62,178 bases of DNA, filler included, from 7 parts of 7 records of this genome joined end to end with filler, not necessarily neighbours in it; one strand, 5' to 3'. Counted from the whole stretch's first letter, positions 1 to 9,872 are shown. Numbers and translations: made by a program. The notes: a model not told the origin generated them from the sequence alone.

Positions 1-129
1 AAGATGGATTGCGACCTGCCGGGTACTGACTGGGTGAAGGATCATCATGCTTGCGCGCCCATATATTATGGATGGGAATCCGCCGAGCTTGGCGTGGACG
101 AATTGGCAAAAAAACTGGGCGTCGGATGA
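1..129 (+). CDS. C-terminal fragment of a probable DegT/DnrJ-type sugar aminotransferase (5' truncated)
   Basis: Frame +1 open from window start: KMDCDLPGTDWVKDHHACAPIYYGW...GVG*. Resembles the 'LPxTE...LPxY' tail of DegT proteins; sugar-operon context. Confidence 0.45.
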   Translation, partial: KMDCDLPGTDWVKDHHACAPIYYGWESAELGVDELAKKLGVG

Positions 130-237
130 AATGGCGGACATGAGACAGCCCCAAAAGCTGATCGGGCTCGTCATAAAATGGTATGGAAGCCACTTTGATG
201 GAAAAAGAAAAGTTCTTATTTAGAGGGAAATAAAGGA

Positions 238-1212
238 ATGAACGGTATTGAAAAGAATGTTCTGGTAATCGGCGGGGCGGGTTATATCGGTTCGATGCTC
301 ACAGGCATGCTGTTGAAGAATGGCTATCGGGCCACGGTGTACGACAGTCTTCTTTTTGGCGAAGAGTCGCTGTCGGGATTTGAGGATCATCCGAATTTCG
401 AGCTTATAAAGGGAGATATAAGGGATATAACAGGAGTTAATTCAGCGATCCGGGGTAAGGACGCGGTCATACTTCTGGCGGCCCTGGTCGGAGAGCCGGC
501 ATGCGACCGTGATACAAGTGAGACACTGGACATAAACTTGTTCGCGAACCTCAATATAGTTGAAACATGCCGATATTACGGCATAAATAGATTCTTGTTC
601 GCCTCAACCGATTCTTGTTACGGCATCCAGGAAGGCATTCTGTACGAGGATTCGCCTCTGAACCCGATTTCCCTATATGCTGAATTAAAATGCGAAATGG
701 AAAAAAGGATCCTGGCGGCGGCGTCCAGTGAATTTCATCCGACCATCTTGCGGTTGGCCACGGTTTACGGGCTTTCTCCACGCATGAGATTTGACCTGAT
801 CATAAATATTCTGACCATGCATGCGGTGGTTAACAACAGAATAAAGATTTTCGGAGGCAAGCAGTGGCGACCCCTGGTTCACGTGGCGGACGTGGCCCGG
901 GCTTTTGTCCATACTCTGGAAATGCCTTTGGACTCTGTCTCCAGTGAAATATTCAACATCGGGTCCAACGAACAGAACTATCAGATCGGAACACTGGGCG
1001 ACCTGGTAGTGCAGACGCTGCCCGGCATAGAAGTGGATACAATCGAGCAGCCGCCCGACCTGAGGGACTATCACGTTAATTTTGACAAAGCCGAAAATCG
1101 GATGGGATTTACATCCCAATGGTCGGTGGAAGGCGGAATTCTGGAAATTGAAAAAGCGCTCAGGACCGGGGCCATATCCGATCCGGGCAGCCAGATTTAC
1201 AGGAACGCATAA
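238..1212 (+). CDS. NAD-dependent nucleotide-sugar epimerase/dehydratase (extended SDR)
   Basis: GGAGYIG Rossmann motif, YAELK catalytic YxxxK, RPLVHVADVA; RBS AAGGA upstream. Confidence 0.9.
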   Translation: MNGIEKNVLVIGGAGYIGSMLTGMLLKNGYRATVYDSLLFGEESLSGFEDHPNFELIKGDIRDITGVNSAIRGKDAVILLAALVGEPACDRDTSETLDINLFANLNIVETCRYYGINRFLFASTDSCYGIQEGILYEDSPLNPISLYAELKCEMEKRILAAASSEFHPTILRLATVYGLSPRMRFDLIINILTMHAVVNNRIKIFGGKQWRPLVHVADVARAFVHTLEMPLDSVSSEIFNIGSNEQNYQIGTLGDLVVQTLPGIEVDTIEQPPDLRDYHVNFDKAENRMGFTSQWSVEGGILEIEKALRTGAISDPGSQIYRNA

Positions 1213-1228
1213 CTATCCGGGTATAAAA

Positions 1229-2488
1229 ATGAGCAACTTATGTCTTCAAGAACAGCCGGCTTTTGTTCAGCCTCTTGAGAGGTTTGTTTCTTTTTCCCCG
1301 CCCTTGATCGGGGAAGAGGAAATCAAGGAAGTTGTGGACACGCTGAGGTCAGGCTGGCTGACCACGGGGCCGAAAACGGAAAGGTTTGAAAACGAAATCA
1401 AGAAATATGCGGGGGCCGGCCATGGCGTGGCCGTGAATTCCTGTACTGCGGCCTTGCATTTGTCCTTGAAGGTTTTGGACATCGGGCCAGGAGATGGAGT
1501 TATAACTTCTCCTTTTACATTCGCATCCACCGGGCATGTGATCATGTATGAGCAGGCCCGCCCGTTTCTGGCGGATATAGAGCGGGACACGTTCAACATT
1601 AATCCGGATGCGGTCAGGTATTTCCTGGAAACCCGCTGCACGCCTAGAGGTCCGGAGGGGCGGCCCAGACATATTGAAACAGGCGCCATAATAAAAGCAA
1701 TAATGCCTGTCCATTACGGGGGCCATCCCTGCCGCATGGACGAACTGATGGAACTGGCCCGGGAATACAATCTTTGGATTGTTGAAGACGCGGCCCATGC
1801 CCTGGGATCGACATATAAGGGGAGAAAAATCGGTTCGATAGGGGACATAACCTGTTTTTCATTTTATGCAACCAAGAACCTGACTACGGGCGAAGGAGGC
1901 CTGGCGGCCACGGATAATAAACAACTCGCCGAGCGTATGCGGATATTGAGCATGTACGGCATTTCCGATTCAAGGCGGATATGGGACAGGTACGCACCCA
2001 AGGGCAACTGGGTTTATGACGTGGTCGAGTTGGGCTGCAAGTATAACATGATGGATATCCAGGCGTGTCTGGGTTTGCACCAACTAAAAAAACTGGACGA
2101 TTTTATCGCGCGCAGGAACGAAAACGCAGCCGTTTACGATGCGGTTTTTGATGGCCTGGAAGGGATTTCCCGGCCCGTGGTCAAGGATTATGCCGGCCAT
2201 GCCCGGCATCTTTACCCCATATTGCTGGACGGAGAAAGACTGGGCATTGACCGGGATTCGTTTATTGAAGTTTTAAAGGAAAAAAACATCGGCACAAGCG
2301 TGCTGTTCATTCCCCTGCACTTTCATTCCTTTTACAGGAATTCACTGCCCTACTCCATCGGCGATTTTCCGATAACAGAATCCGTGTTTAAGGGCGTGGT
2401 CAATCTGCCTGTTTCCCCGGCTATTTCTTCAAAAACGATTGAAAGGGTTGCGGAAACAATCGCAGCCATTGTGCGGATCTACCAATGA
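1229..2488 (+). CDS. DegT/DnrJ/EryC1/StrS PLP-dependent sugar aminotransferase
   Basis: NSCTAALHL, IVEDAAHALG, FSFYATKNLTTGEGG (PLP lysine). Start moved to in-frame ATG 1229. Confidence 0.92.
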   Translation: MSNLCLQEQPAFVQPLERFVSFSPPLIGEEEIKEVVDTLRSGWLTTGPKTERFENEIKKYAGAGHGVAVNSCTAALHLSLKVLDIGPGDGVITSPFTFASTGHVIMYEQARPFLADIERDTFNINPDAVRYFLETRCTPRGPEGRPRHIETGAIIKAIMPVHYGGHPCRMDELMELAREYNLWIVEDAAHALGSTYKGRKIGSIGDITCFSFYATKNLTTGEGGLAATDNKQLAERMRILSMYGISDSRRIWDRYAPKGNWVYDVVELGCKYNMMDIQACLGLHQLKKLDDFIARRNENAAVYDAVFDGLEGISRPVVKDYAGHARHLYPILLDGERLGIDRDSFIEVLKEKNIGTSVLFIPLHFHSFYRNSLPYSIGDFPITESVFKGVVNLPVSPAISSKTIERVAETIAAIVRIYQ

Positions 2489-3159
2489 TTCCTAATACGG
2501 ATTTCAATATTTGGGAACATTCTGAAAATGTACTCCGATTATATGCCTCAAGAGCCAGGGGCGAGCAGTCCATGGATTCGGCGGAGCAGGCGGCCGAAAT
2601 ACTGGCGCCCTTATTGACTCCGGGCATGAGCCTGCTGGATGCCGGCTGCGGGAGCGGATATTACTATTGGTCTTTTAAAAACCGGGGATTGGAGATCGAG
2701 TATTATGGAATTGATTATTCCCCCAGCCTGATCGAGATCGGCAGGCGCAATATAGGGGAATCGGGCTTGCCGCCGGAGCGGCTTAAGGTCGGGGCGATTG
2801 AAGATTTGGACGAAACCTTTGACGCGGTCATCTGTTTTAATACGCTTTCGTGGTGTCCCGATTTTCGCAGGCCCGTTGAAATGCTTTGCCGGGCCGCGAA
2901 AAATTACATCCTGATCAGGACAAACCTGGGTAAAAAGACCATGTACCGCTGGGAGGCGGACGGTTATCTGGATGAAGGCTATAATCACCTCAAGGCTTAC
3001 TGGAACATGTATTCGGAAAAGGAAGTTACGGATTTTATGTCCGAAATGGGCTTTGAAGTTGAGCCCATTGTCGACGCCAGGACCGGCGGCGTGATGGAAG
3101 AAGTCGTAGGAAAGCCATATTTTTGGAAACTGCTGCTGGGCTGGCGAAGGGAAGGTTAA
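2485..3159 (+). CDS. Class I SAM-dependent methyltransferase
   Basis: LLDAGCGSG motif I, GIDYS motif II, FDAVIC; ATGA overlap with upstream gene. Confidence 0.88.
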   Translation: MIPNTDFNIWEHSENVLRLYASRARGEQSMDSAEQAAEILAPLLTPGMSLLDAGCGSGYYYWSFKNRGLEIEYYGIDYSPSLIEIGRRNIGESGLPPERLKVGAIEDLDETFDAVICFNTLSWCPDFRRPVEMLCRAAKNYILIRTNLGKKTMYRWEADGYLDEGYNHLKAYWNMYSEKEVTDFMSEMGFEVEPIVDARTGGVMEEVVGKPYFWKLLLGWRREG

Positions 3160-4118
3160 TGGAAACCAGGGCCTTAGGATCAACCGGACTTGAAGTGTCG
3201 GTTATCGGCCTGGGGGGACATCTGTTTCCGGAAAAGCCGGTGGATTATTACCCAGGTTTTTACGGCCGCCGTTTTTTGGAAGGCGAGTTTTATGGAAAAA
3301 GGCTCGGGATTATAGAAGAGGCTCTTCGCGGCGGAGTCAATCTTTTTGCGGCTGATTTTGAATATGAATGCCGCGCCTTGGGCCGGGCTCTCAAGGAGAC
3401 CGGGGCGCGGGACAGGGTGCTTTTATCCGCGGTGGTTGAATTCAGACCGGAGCCGGGTTCCCCTATAAAATGGGGCGAACTTGAAAAAGAGATAGACAGG
3501 CTCCTTGCTCTTTTGAATACCGACAGGATCGACCTGCCCCAGATAAGAACGGCTGACTGGCACGTGGAAGAAAATATTCTGGCGGATATGGCAGGCCTGC
3601 TGGCCGGACTGGCGGAAAAAGGCAAGATCGGGGTCCCGGCGTTTTACAGTTCTGACAATGATGTGAATGTTTTAATTACGGGTTTGAGACAAGGCCTTTT
3701 TAAAGTGGTTTTACGGGCCATGGGGCTGCTTAACCCGACTGCATATTTAAAGGTGTTACCCGAAGTTGTAAGGGCGGACGCAGGGTTCATCGGTTTTGTG
3801 CCTTTTCAGAAAGGGAGGCTTTTCGACTGCGGGTTTGAAGCTGGATTAAACGCCGATTCAATAGCCGGGGCCGGGATTAGCTGGGTGATGAACCAGGAGG
3901 GCTTATCCGGATTAATGTGCGGCGCATCGAACCCGGAAGAAGTGGCCATGAATATCGATCGCGTCAACAACCCGCTGCCGGAGATGGAATTAAAGAATAT
4001 TCTGGCCGGCATCATTGAAACAAATGCGTATGACGCACATATTAGCGAGTTGCAAAAGGAGGCCGGTCATTTGGTTCTGGATTGGAGAAAGTCCGATCCG
4101 GAAGGTCCGGGCTGTTGA
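3159..4118 (+). CDS. Aldo/keto reductase-fold protein (catalytic residues apparently degenerate)
   Basis: METRALGSTGLEVSVIGLGG N-terminus, LNTDRIDL, GKIG, GASNPEEV; TAATG overlap with upstream stop. Confidence 0.75.
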   Translation: METRALGSTGLEVSVIGLGGHLFPEKPVDYYPGFYGRRFLEGEFYGKRLGIIEEALRGGVNLFAADFEYECRALGRALKETGARDRVLLSAVVEFRPEPGSPIKWGELEKEIDRLLALLNTDRIDLPQIRTADWHVEENILADMAGLLAGLAEKGKIGVPAFYSSDNDVNVLITGLRQGLFKVVLRAMGLLNPTAYLKVLPEVVRADAGFIGFVPFQKGRLFDCGFEAGLNADSIAGAGISWVMNQEGLSGLMCGASNPEEVAMNIDRVNNPLPEMELKNILAGIIETNAYDAHISELQKEAGHLVLDWRKSDPEGPGC

Positions 4119-5104
4119 GTCAAATGCTGCATTATCGACATGGAGAACAGAGTGACCCTTTCCTTTATATTTATTCCGATCCCGGATGGCTCAGGGATTA
4201 CGACCCGGTTCGGGAATTTCCGTTTTGGGTGAATATAGAATCCACGAACCTGTGCAATTTGGATTGCATATTTTGCACCCGCCAGCTTTGCCGGGGATCC
4301 CGGGGATGCATGCCCGACAGTGTGCTGGACAGGATTATTGAGGAAGTTGCCGCCTATCCGGGTGCGGCCATACGAATAGCGGGCTGGGGGGAGCCGCTCA
4401 TGCATCCTGAATTTACCGAACATGTAAAGAGAATAAAACATTCCGGGATTCCCCTAAAGATATATACAAATGGAACGCTTTTGAATGACGAAATGATGGA
4501 AGCGTTCGTGGAAGCCGGGGTGGACGAGATTCAGTTCAGCATGCAGGGTTTGAATCCGACCCAGTATGAATTCAACCGCCGAAAATCAAATTATGACCTG
4601 TTCAGATCCAAGGTGGAAATAGCAGGCGGGGTGCGTGAGAGGACGGGGAGCGGGAAGCCTTTTTTGAGTCTTCTTACTTCAGCTCTTTTAAGCGAATTGA
4701 ACGAGGCGTCGCCAAAAGCCTTTATTAATGAATGGTCGCCCCTGGTGGACAAGGCGGCCGTGGACTTGACCAATCTAAATTTTGTCAGGGAATGCGAGCG
4801 GATTAAGCATTTGCTGGACGACCAGGCTTTGAGCATGGCGCACAGGCCTTGCGTGGACGTATTTCTGGCCATTGAAGTTAATTACGACGGGGCGATTCAA
4901 TTTTGCGGACAGGATGCCTGCCGGACCCCTGAGCATACCATAGGGAACATACAGGACATGACCATTTATGAAGCCTGGCATAGTGAAAAGATGGAAAAGC
5001 ACAGGCAGGCGGTGGGGCGTGAAATCCGGCATGATGAAATGATCATCTGCCGCAACTGTTACCACAACACGAATAAATATGACCTTTTCAAGGAAAAATA
5101 TTAA
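4115..5104 (+). CDS. Radical SAM enzyme with C-terminal SPASM/Twitch domain
   Basis: CNLDCIFC (CxxxCxxC), GWGEPLMHP, YTNGTLL; C-terminal PC...FC...IGNI...CRNC. Start TTG 4115 or ATG 4124. Confidence 0.9.
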   Translation: MSQMLHYRHGEQSDPFLYIYSDPGWLRDYDPVREFPFWVNIESTNLCNLDCIFCTRQLCRGSRGCMPDSVLDRIIEEVAAYPGAAIRIAGWGEPLMHPEFTEHVKRIKHSGIPLKIYTNGTLLNDEMMEAFVEAGVDEIQFSMQGLNPTQYEFNRRKSNYDLFRSKVEIAGGVRERTGSGKPFLSLLTSALLSELNEASPKAFINEWSPLVDKAAVDLTNLNFVRECERIKHLLDDQALSMAHRPCVDVFLAIEVNYDGAIQFCGQDACRTPEHTIGNIQDMTIYEAWHSEKMEKHRQAVGREIRHDEMIICRNCYHNTNKYDLFKEKY

Positions 5105-6041
5105 CGGCCTTTTAAATTTGGCCAAAGCTCATTCGGCCTGGCCTCTACAGCCGGGAAAGGCGGAGGCGCCGGGCGATGAGGCCCGTGAACTGGTCCGTGA
5201 CCTGGAAAGTCATTTTGAGCGCAAAGACGCCTGCGTAATAACTACCGGGGGAGCGGATTATTCCAATGCGGCCGGTTGGGCAAGGCTTTTGGAATGGGAT
5301 ACTGAATTTTTCGGATATCCCTGCGCCAGGATAGAAGGATTGATGGCAGCCGGCGACAATGAAACAAGACGAAGGTCAGCCGGGGAAGTTGTTCAAGGAA
5401 TTCTTGACTGGTGTGTGAAAAAGGAAGTTCGTTTCATAAACGTCAAGGTTCCGGGGCCGGACCCGGCTATTGTCCAGGCCTTGATGGAAAAAGGATTTTA
5501 TTTCGCGGACAGCATCATGGAGCTGGACCGGGGTAATGATGCCCCGATTCCTCAACCGGTCGTTCCCAAGGAATTAACGATACATTCCAATGCCAGGGAT
5601 ATTGAACTTGCGGCCGGCAAATTTTCTTCATTGTTTTATGACGGCAGGTTCCACAACGATCCGCACATTTCAAAAAAAAAGGCGGACAGTTTATGGGAAG
5701 CGGCATTAAGAAGCCAATTGCAAGAGCGAGCAAGACATTTCTTTTTTCTGGGAAATGAAAAGGAAGATATTGGATTGGCAACCTTCCAAACCATTGACGG
5801 CCTGAAAGGGAAAGATAACGGACTTATAGGCAGCCTGTTTTTTTTCGGCATTTTAAGGGAATTCCAGGGCCGGGGCTTGGGCCGGGCGCTGTTGGCCGAA
5901 AGTCTAAGCAAGGTAGAGGCTGATTACAAACGGATCAAGGTTGAGACTTCAACCTACAATTTTCCGGCCCTAAGACTTTATCAGGCCTTTGGGTTTAAAC
6001 CCGGGCGGGTGAAGATGAGCATGCATTTGAGGTTTGATTGA
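5079..6041 (+). CDS. GNAT acetyltransferase, WecD/RffC-like (amino-sugar N-acyltransferase)
   Basis: LEWDTEFFG, GRFHNDP, FQGRGLGRAL acetyl-CoA loop, NFPALRLYQAFGF. Confidence 0.85.
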   Translation: MTFSRKNINGLLNLAKAHSAWPLQPGKAEAPGDEARELVRDLESHFERKDACVITTGGADYSNAAGWARLLEWDTEFFGYPCARIEGLMAAGDNETRRRSAGEVVQGILDWCVKKEVRFINVKVPGPDPAIVQALMEKGFYFADSIMELDRGNDAPIPQPVVPKELTIHSNARDIELAAGKFSSLFYDGRFHNDPHISKKKADSLWEAALRSQLQERARHFFFLGNEKEDIGLATFQTIDGLKGKDNGLIGSLFFFGILREFQGRGLGRALLAESLSKVEADYKRIKVETSTYNFPALRLYQAFGFKPGRVKMSMHLRFD

Positions 6042-6047
6042 CAAGAA

Positions 6048-7076
6048 ATGGATATGAACAGGGATTTAAAAACTCATTTTGAAATCGGCGGAATTCGGGT
6101 CGGGCCCGGCGAACCAGCCTTGGTTGTGGCCGAAATCGGCGGCAATCACGGGGGCGACGTCGACCTGGCTTTAAAGATGATAGACGCGGCATTGGATGCC
6201 GGTTGCATGGCGGTCAAATTCCAGGCGTACAAGACCGGTTCTTTTCTGGCCGGGACCAGCGAATATTTTGATGAACTGGCGGCTGAAGAACTTGGTTTTG
6301 AAGAGATGGCCAGGCTGGCGGATTACTGCGACCGAAAAGGAATGCTATTTCTGGCTTCCGTGTTTGATTTTGAAAGTCTTATTTTGATGGTGCGGTCGGG
6401 AGCGCCGGCCATTAAGATTTCTTCCGGGGATTTAAACAATTTTCCATTGCTTGAAGCTGCGGCCGGAACCTGCAAACCGATTATACTTTCGACAGGGGCG
6501 TCCAATCAGGAAGAAGTTGCGCGCAGCCTGGATTTTTTACATCAATCCGGGGCTGAGGATGTGCTCCTGCTCCAGTGCACATCCATGTATCCCTGCCCGG
6601 ATGACGAGGTCAACCTGTCCGTAATACCATTCTGGCAATCCCAAACAACAGCTCCGATTGGATTTTCAGACCATTCGATCGGCGTGACCATACCCATCGG
6701 GGCCATGGCTCTGGGGGCCTGCCTGGTGGAAAAACATTTCACTATCGACCAGGGGCTTCCGGGCGGAGATAACGAGATATCCTGCCTGCCCCATGAACTG
6801 GCTCAATTGGTCGAAGCTTCAAGTCGCTTATATAAGGCCATGGGCGGTGCGGAAAAAGAGCCAACCAGGGGAGAATTAAACCTTCGAACGGCCATCCGTC
6901 GTTCCGTGGTTGCCATAAAGGATATAAAAGCCGGGGAAAAGTTCGGCCTGCACAACCTGGGTTTTAAAAGGCCCGGGGATTATGCCGAACCGGTTGAGTA
7001 TTATCACCTGGCCGGGAAAGAGGCAAAAAGGGATGTGGCCGAGGGCCGGCCTGTAACCAGGGAGGCGGTGGAGTGA
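6048..7076 (+). CDS. neuB: Nonulosonic acid synthase (NeuB/PseI/LegI family) with SAF domain
   Basis: VAEIGGNHGGD, AVKFQ, KISSGDLNN, ILSTG, QCTSMYP, GFSDHS, EKHFT, RRSVVA...KRPG. Confidence 0.92.
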   Translation: MDMNRDLKTHFEIGGIRVGPGEPALVVAEIGGNHGGDVDLALKMIDAALDAGCMAVKFQAYKTGSFLAGTSEYFDELAAEELGFEEMARLADYCDRKGMLFLASVFDFESLILMVRSGAPAIKISSGDLNNFPLLEAAAGTCKPIILSTGASNQEEVARSLDFLHQSGAEDVLLLQCTSMYPCPDDEVNLSVIPFWQSQTTAPIGFSDHSIGVTIPIGAMALGACLVEKHFTIDQGLPGGDNEISCLPHELAQLVEASSRLYKAMGGAEKEPTRGELNLRTAIRRSVVAIKDIKAGEKFGLHNLGFKRPGDYAEPVEYYHLAGKEAKRDVAEGRPVTREAVE

Positions 7077-7867
7077 CTTTTCAGGTGTGCCTGCCCATAT
7101 CGGACCTGATTACGGCTGATATTGCATCGACCAAGGCATTACTGGATGCCGCCGATGTGCTGGAGCTTAGAAAGCCTGTATTGCCGGCGGATTTGCCTGA
7201 CAAAACCATGATTTATCACTGGAGCCTGGGAACCGTTCAGGAAGGCTTTATTGAAACATTTGAAAAAGAAAACCTGGGTGAGTTTTTATCCGGCCATAAT
7301 ATTGAAATGTTCAGTTTTGACATGGGGCCGGCCTGCAGGAAGAACGATTATGTTCTGCCTATGTCTCGAACCTTGAAACCTGAAGAGATTATGGAAATTT
7401 CTTCCAGGTCCCTGGAACATGTGCGAGGGCGATACCAGGGTCGTTTGGCAGTGGAAAATTACAATTATTATCCGACGGGGCTGTACGAACATATCTGCCG
7501 TCCTGATTTTATGGCGGAGTTTTTGTTCAGATTTGATCTTGGACTGGTGCTTGACCTGGCTCACGCCTGGATAAGCGCGGCAAACCTGGGCCTGGATGTA
7601 AAGGAGTATTTAATGGAATTGCCGCTGGATAAAGTGGTTGAAGTCCATGTAACCAGGCCTCTTTTTTTAGACCGTCTGGCGGTTGACGCCCATTTGGCGC
7701 CGGGAGACGAAGATTTTGAACTGCTTGTTTTTTTGTTGAAGCGCCTGCCGAACGGCAGCAGGCCGACGCCGGTTGAAATAGAGTACTATAAGGATTTGGA
7801 AGGTCTTGAGGCCGGATACAAAAGGCTTGGGAATATATTGGATGAAATCAACAATGAACGGAAATAA
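7073..7867 (+). CDS. DUF692 family multinuclear non-heme iron oxidative enzyme (MNIO)-like protein
   Basis: Ordered motifs IYHWSLG, LAVEN, LVLDLAHAWISAANLG, LPLDKVVEVHV, VDAH, VEIEY match the DUF692 TIM-barrel ligand pattern; GTGA overlap with neuB. Confidence 0.75.
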   Translation: MTFQVCLPISDLITADIASTKALLDAADVLELRKPVLPADLPDKTMIYHWSLGTVQEGFIETFEKENLGEFLSGHNIEMFSFDMGPACRKNDYVLPMSRTLKPEEIMEISSRSLEHVRGRYQGRLAVENYNYYPTGLYEHICRPDFMAEFLFRFDLGLVLDLAHAWISAANLGLDVKEYLMELPLDKVVEVHVTRPLFLDRLAVDAHLAPGDEDFELLVFLLKRLPNGSRPTPVEIEYYKDLEGLEAGYKRLGNILDEINNERK

Positions 7868-8909
7868 AAGCGTAAAAGTAAATCCGCGGCCCGAAAGAAT
7901 GAATGCGGAAGAAAAGCTGAGCAGGAAAAACGCTTTTGACGGCAGCCTGGTCATGGGCGCGGAAAATTTTAACCGGGCCACGGGCCGGGATCGTCATTTT
8001 AATGACGGGCTGGATTCGTTGATAGATGAAAGAACAAACCTGATTAAAAGCCGGTATACCAAGGATCGCTTCTGTCCTGTTTGCGGCTGCCAAAACCCGG
8101 AATTGTTATTTGTCAAAAGGGGATTTCAGCATGTGCGTTGCCCGGAATGCGCGCTTATTTACGTGAATCCCGTTTTGATGGATGAAGCGGTATTGGAGCA
8201 TTACACCAATGAGACATCCTGGGTCCAGGTTTTGGAAAGCGGTCCACAGGTACAACTTGATAGCCTGAAGTATGAATACGGCCTGGATACTGTTGCACCG
8301 TATTTAACCGGAAACAACCTGCTGGACGTGGGAACGGGCACGGGACTTTTCTTAAAGGTCGCCGCCGGGCGGGGCATGGATCCAACAGGATTGGAGTTGA
8401 ACGGACATAACGTATCCCGTTTACGGCAGGATGGCTTTGATATTGTTGATCAACCCCTGGAACAGGCTGATTTTGGCGTTAGAAAATTTGACATGGTTAC
8501 GTTTTGGGAAGTGTTGGAGCATCTGGTCGAGCCAGGATCGCCGCTTGAGCAGGCCGGCCGTGTTTTGAAGCATGACGGTTTGCTGCTTATACTGGTTCCA
8601 AACGCGGATTCCCTGGCCACAAGGATATTGCATGAAAAAAGCGGGACATTCGGCGGGCACTCACATGTTAATCATTTCAATATAAACAACCTGACCCGTC
8701 TGCTGGATAAATGCGGGTTTGAGATGATGGAAGCCGAGACCATTATTACCGAATTGGGAGCGATTAATAATTATCTGAATTTTGAAGATCCGTATTTCGG
8801 CCGGGCGCCTGCTCAACTTGATTTGCTGAGTCCCGGATTCATCCATGAAAACATGCTGGGCAGCAAGTTGTTAATTTTGGCCAGACACAAGAATAAAGGG
8901 AGCAGATGA
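7854..8909 (+). CDS. SAM-dependent methyltransferase with N-terminal zinc ribbon
   Basis: CPVC...CPEC ribbon, LLDVGTGTG, FWEVLEHL, VPN. Start ATG 7854 or 7899. Confidence 0.85.
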   Translation: MNGNKSVKVNPRPERMNAEEKLSRKNAFDGSLVMGAENFNRATGRDRHFNDGLDSLIDERTNLIKSRYTKDRFCPVCGCQNPELLFVKRGFQHVRCPECALIYVNPVLMDEAVLEHYTNETSWVQVLESGPQVQLDSLKYEYGLDTVAPYLTGNNLLDVGTGTGLFLKVAAGRGMDPTGLELNGHNVSRLRQDGFDIVDQPLEQADFGVRKFDMVTFWEVLEHLVEPGSPLEQAGRVLKHDGLLLILVPNADSLATRILHEKSGTFGGHSHVNHFNINNLTRLLDKCGFEMMEAETIITELGAINNYLNFEDPYFGRAPAQLDLLSPGFIHENMLGSKLLILARHKNKGSR

Positions 8910-8910
8910 A

Positions 8911-9594
8911 ATGATCCTGGGTATAATACCGGCCCGCGGCGGCAGCAAGGGCATTCCAAGAAAGAATATTAAATTGATCAACGGGCGTCCGTTGATTGCC
9001 TGGTCCATATTTGCCGCAAGGGAATCAAAACTATTGGACAGGTTTGTGGTGTCCACGGAAGACGACGAGATCGCGGCGGTCGCGGAGCAATACGGGGCCG
9101 AAGTGCTAGAGCGGCCTGCTGCGTTAGCCGGAGATGCATCCAGCAGCCGTGATGTAATTCAACACGCCCTGGAAGCGCTTGACGCCGATGTATCCGTGCT
9201 CCTGCAGCCTACTTCGCCGGTAAGGGACCACGATCTGATCGACCGGGCGATAAAGGCGTTTATTGACGGCGGTTATGATTCAATGGCCACGGGATATATG
9301 AATCCGGTTTATCCGCCTCATGGTGAAGAGCACCGAAGACAGGATATAAGCGAAGTGTTCGTCAATGACGGAAGCATTGTAATATCTACAAGGGATACTA
9401 TAAAGGCCAGGAATCTTTTTGGGAAAAAACGGGGAATAATGGTCACTGACAAGGAACAGAATGTGGACATTGATGATGAATTTGATTTTTGGCTGGCAGA
9501 GCAGGTGCTGATTAAGCGGTTTGGGGATGGGGTTTTGATTTTACCGGAAGAAAGGGATGTGCGTTTGCTGCGTTCCGCGGCCGGGGGAAATTAA
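8911..9594 (+). CDS. neuA: Acylneuraminate cytidylyltransferase (CMP-nonulosonate synthetase)
   Basis: IIPARGGSKGIPRKNI, VVSTED, LLQPTSPVR, VDIDDEFDF. Confidence 0.93.
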   Translation: MILGIIPARGGSKGIPRKNIKLINGRPLIAWSIFAARESKLLDRFVVSTEDDEIAAVAEQYGAEVLERPAALAGDASSSRDVIQHALEALDADVSVLLQPTSPVRDHDLIDRAIKAFIDGGYDSMATGYMNPVYPPHGEEHRRQDISEVFVNDGSIVISTRDTIKARNLFGKKRGIMVTDKEQNVDIDDEFDFWLAEQVLIKRFGDGVLILPEERDVRLLRSAAGGN

Positions 9595-9655
9595 GAGTTT
9601 TCACCACAGAGAGCACAGAGAAGAGAACATAACTATAAACAAGAGTAATTGTAGC

Positions 9656-9683
9656 GGCGCCCACTAAGGGCGCCTTTTCTTTT
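9656..9683 (+). terminator. Rho-independent terminator ending the glycan operon
   Basis: GGCGCCC-ACTAA-GGGCGCC followed by TTTTCTTTT. Confidence 0.8.
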
Positions 9684-9872
9684 GCATGGCCATGGGATGA
9701 TTTCATGTCGCCGTTTCGAGTAGGTTCAGGTCGGCGGATAATGGAAAAATCACACTGATGATGTACAATTCAGAATAATGGCTCCAACTCGGGCGGCCTT
9801 TTGAAAGATTATGTTTTGAAAGGCGGAAAATCGTCCGGGCCTGGTTACAAGGAGAAAAAGACGGAGAAGAAT

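Noticed and set aside
131-223. 30-aa ORF (MADMRQPQ...KVLI) as a RiPP precursor for the MNIO or radical SAM enzyme
   Set aside because: No Cys or repeated core, no clear RBS, and the operon is otherwise sugar-directed.
9600-9625. CACCACAGAGAGCACAGAG short repeat
   Set aside because: Possibly a REP-like motif, but single copy here with no supporting context.
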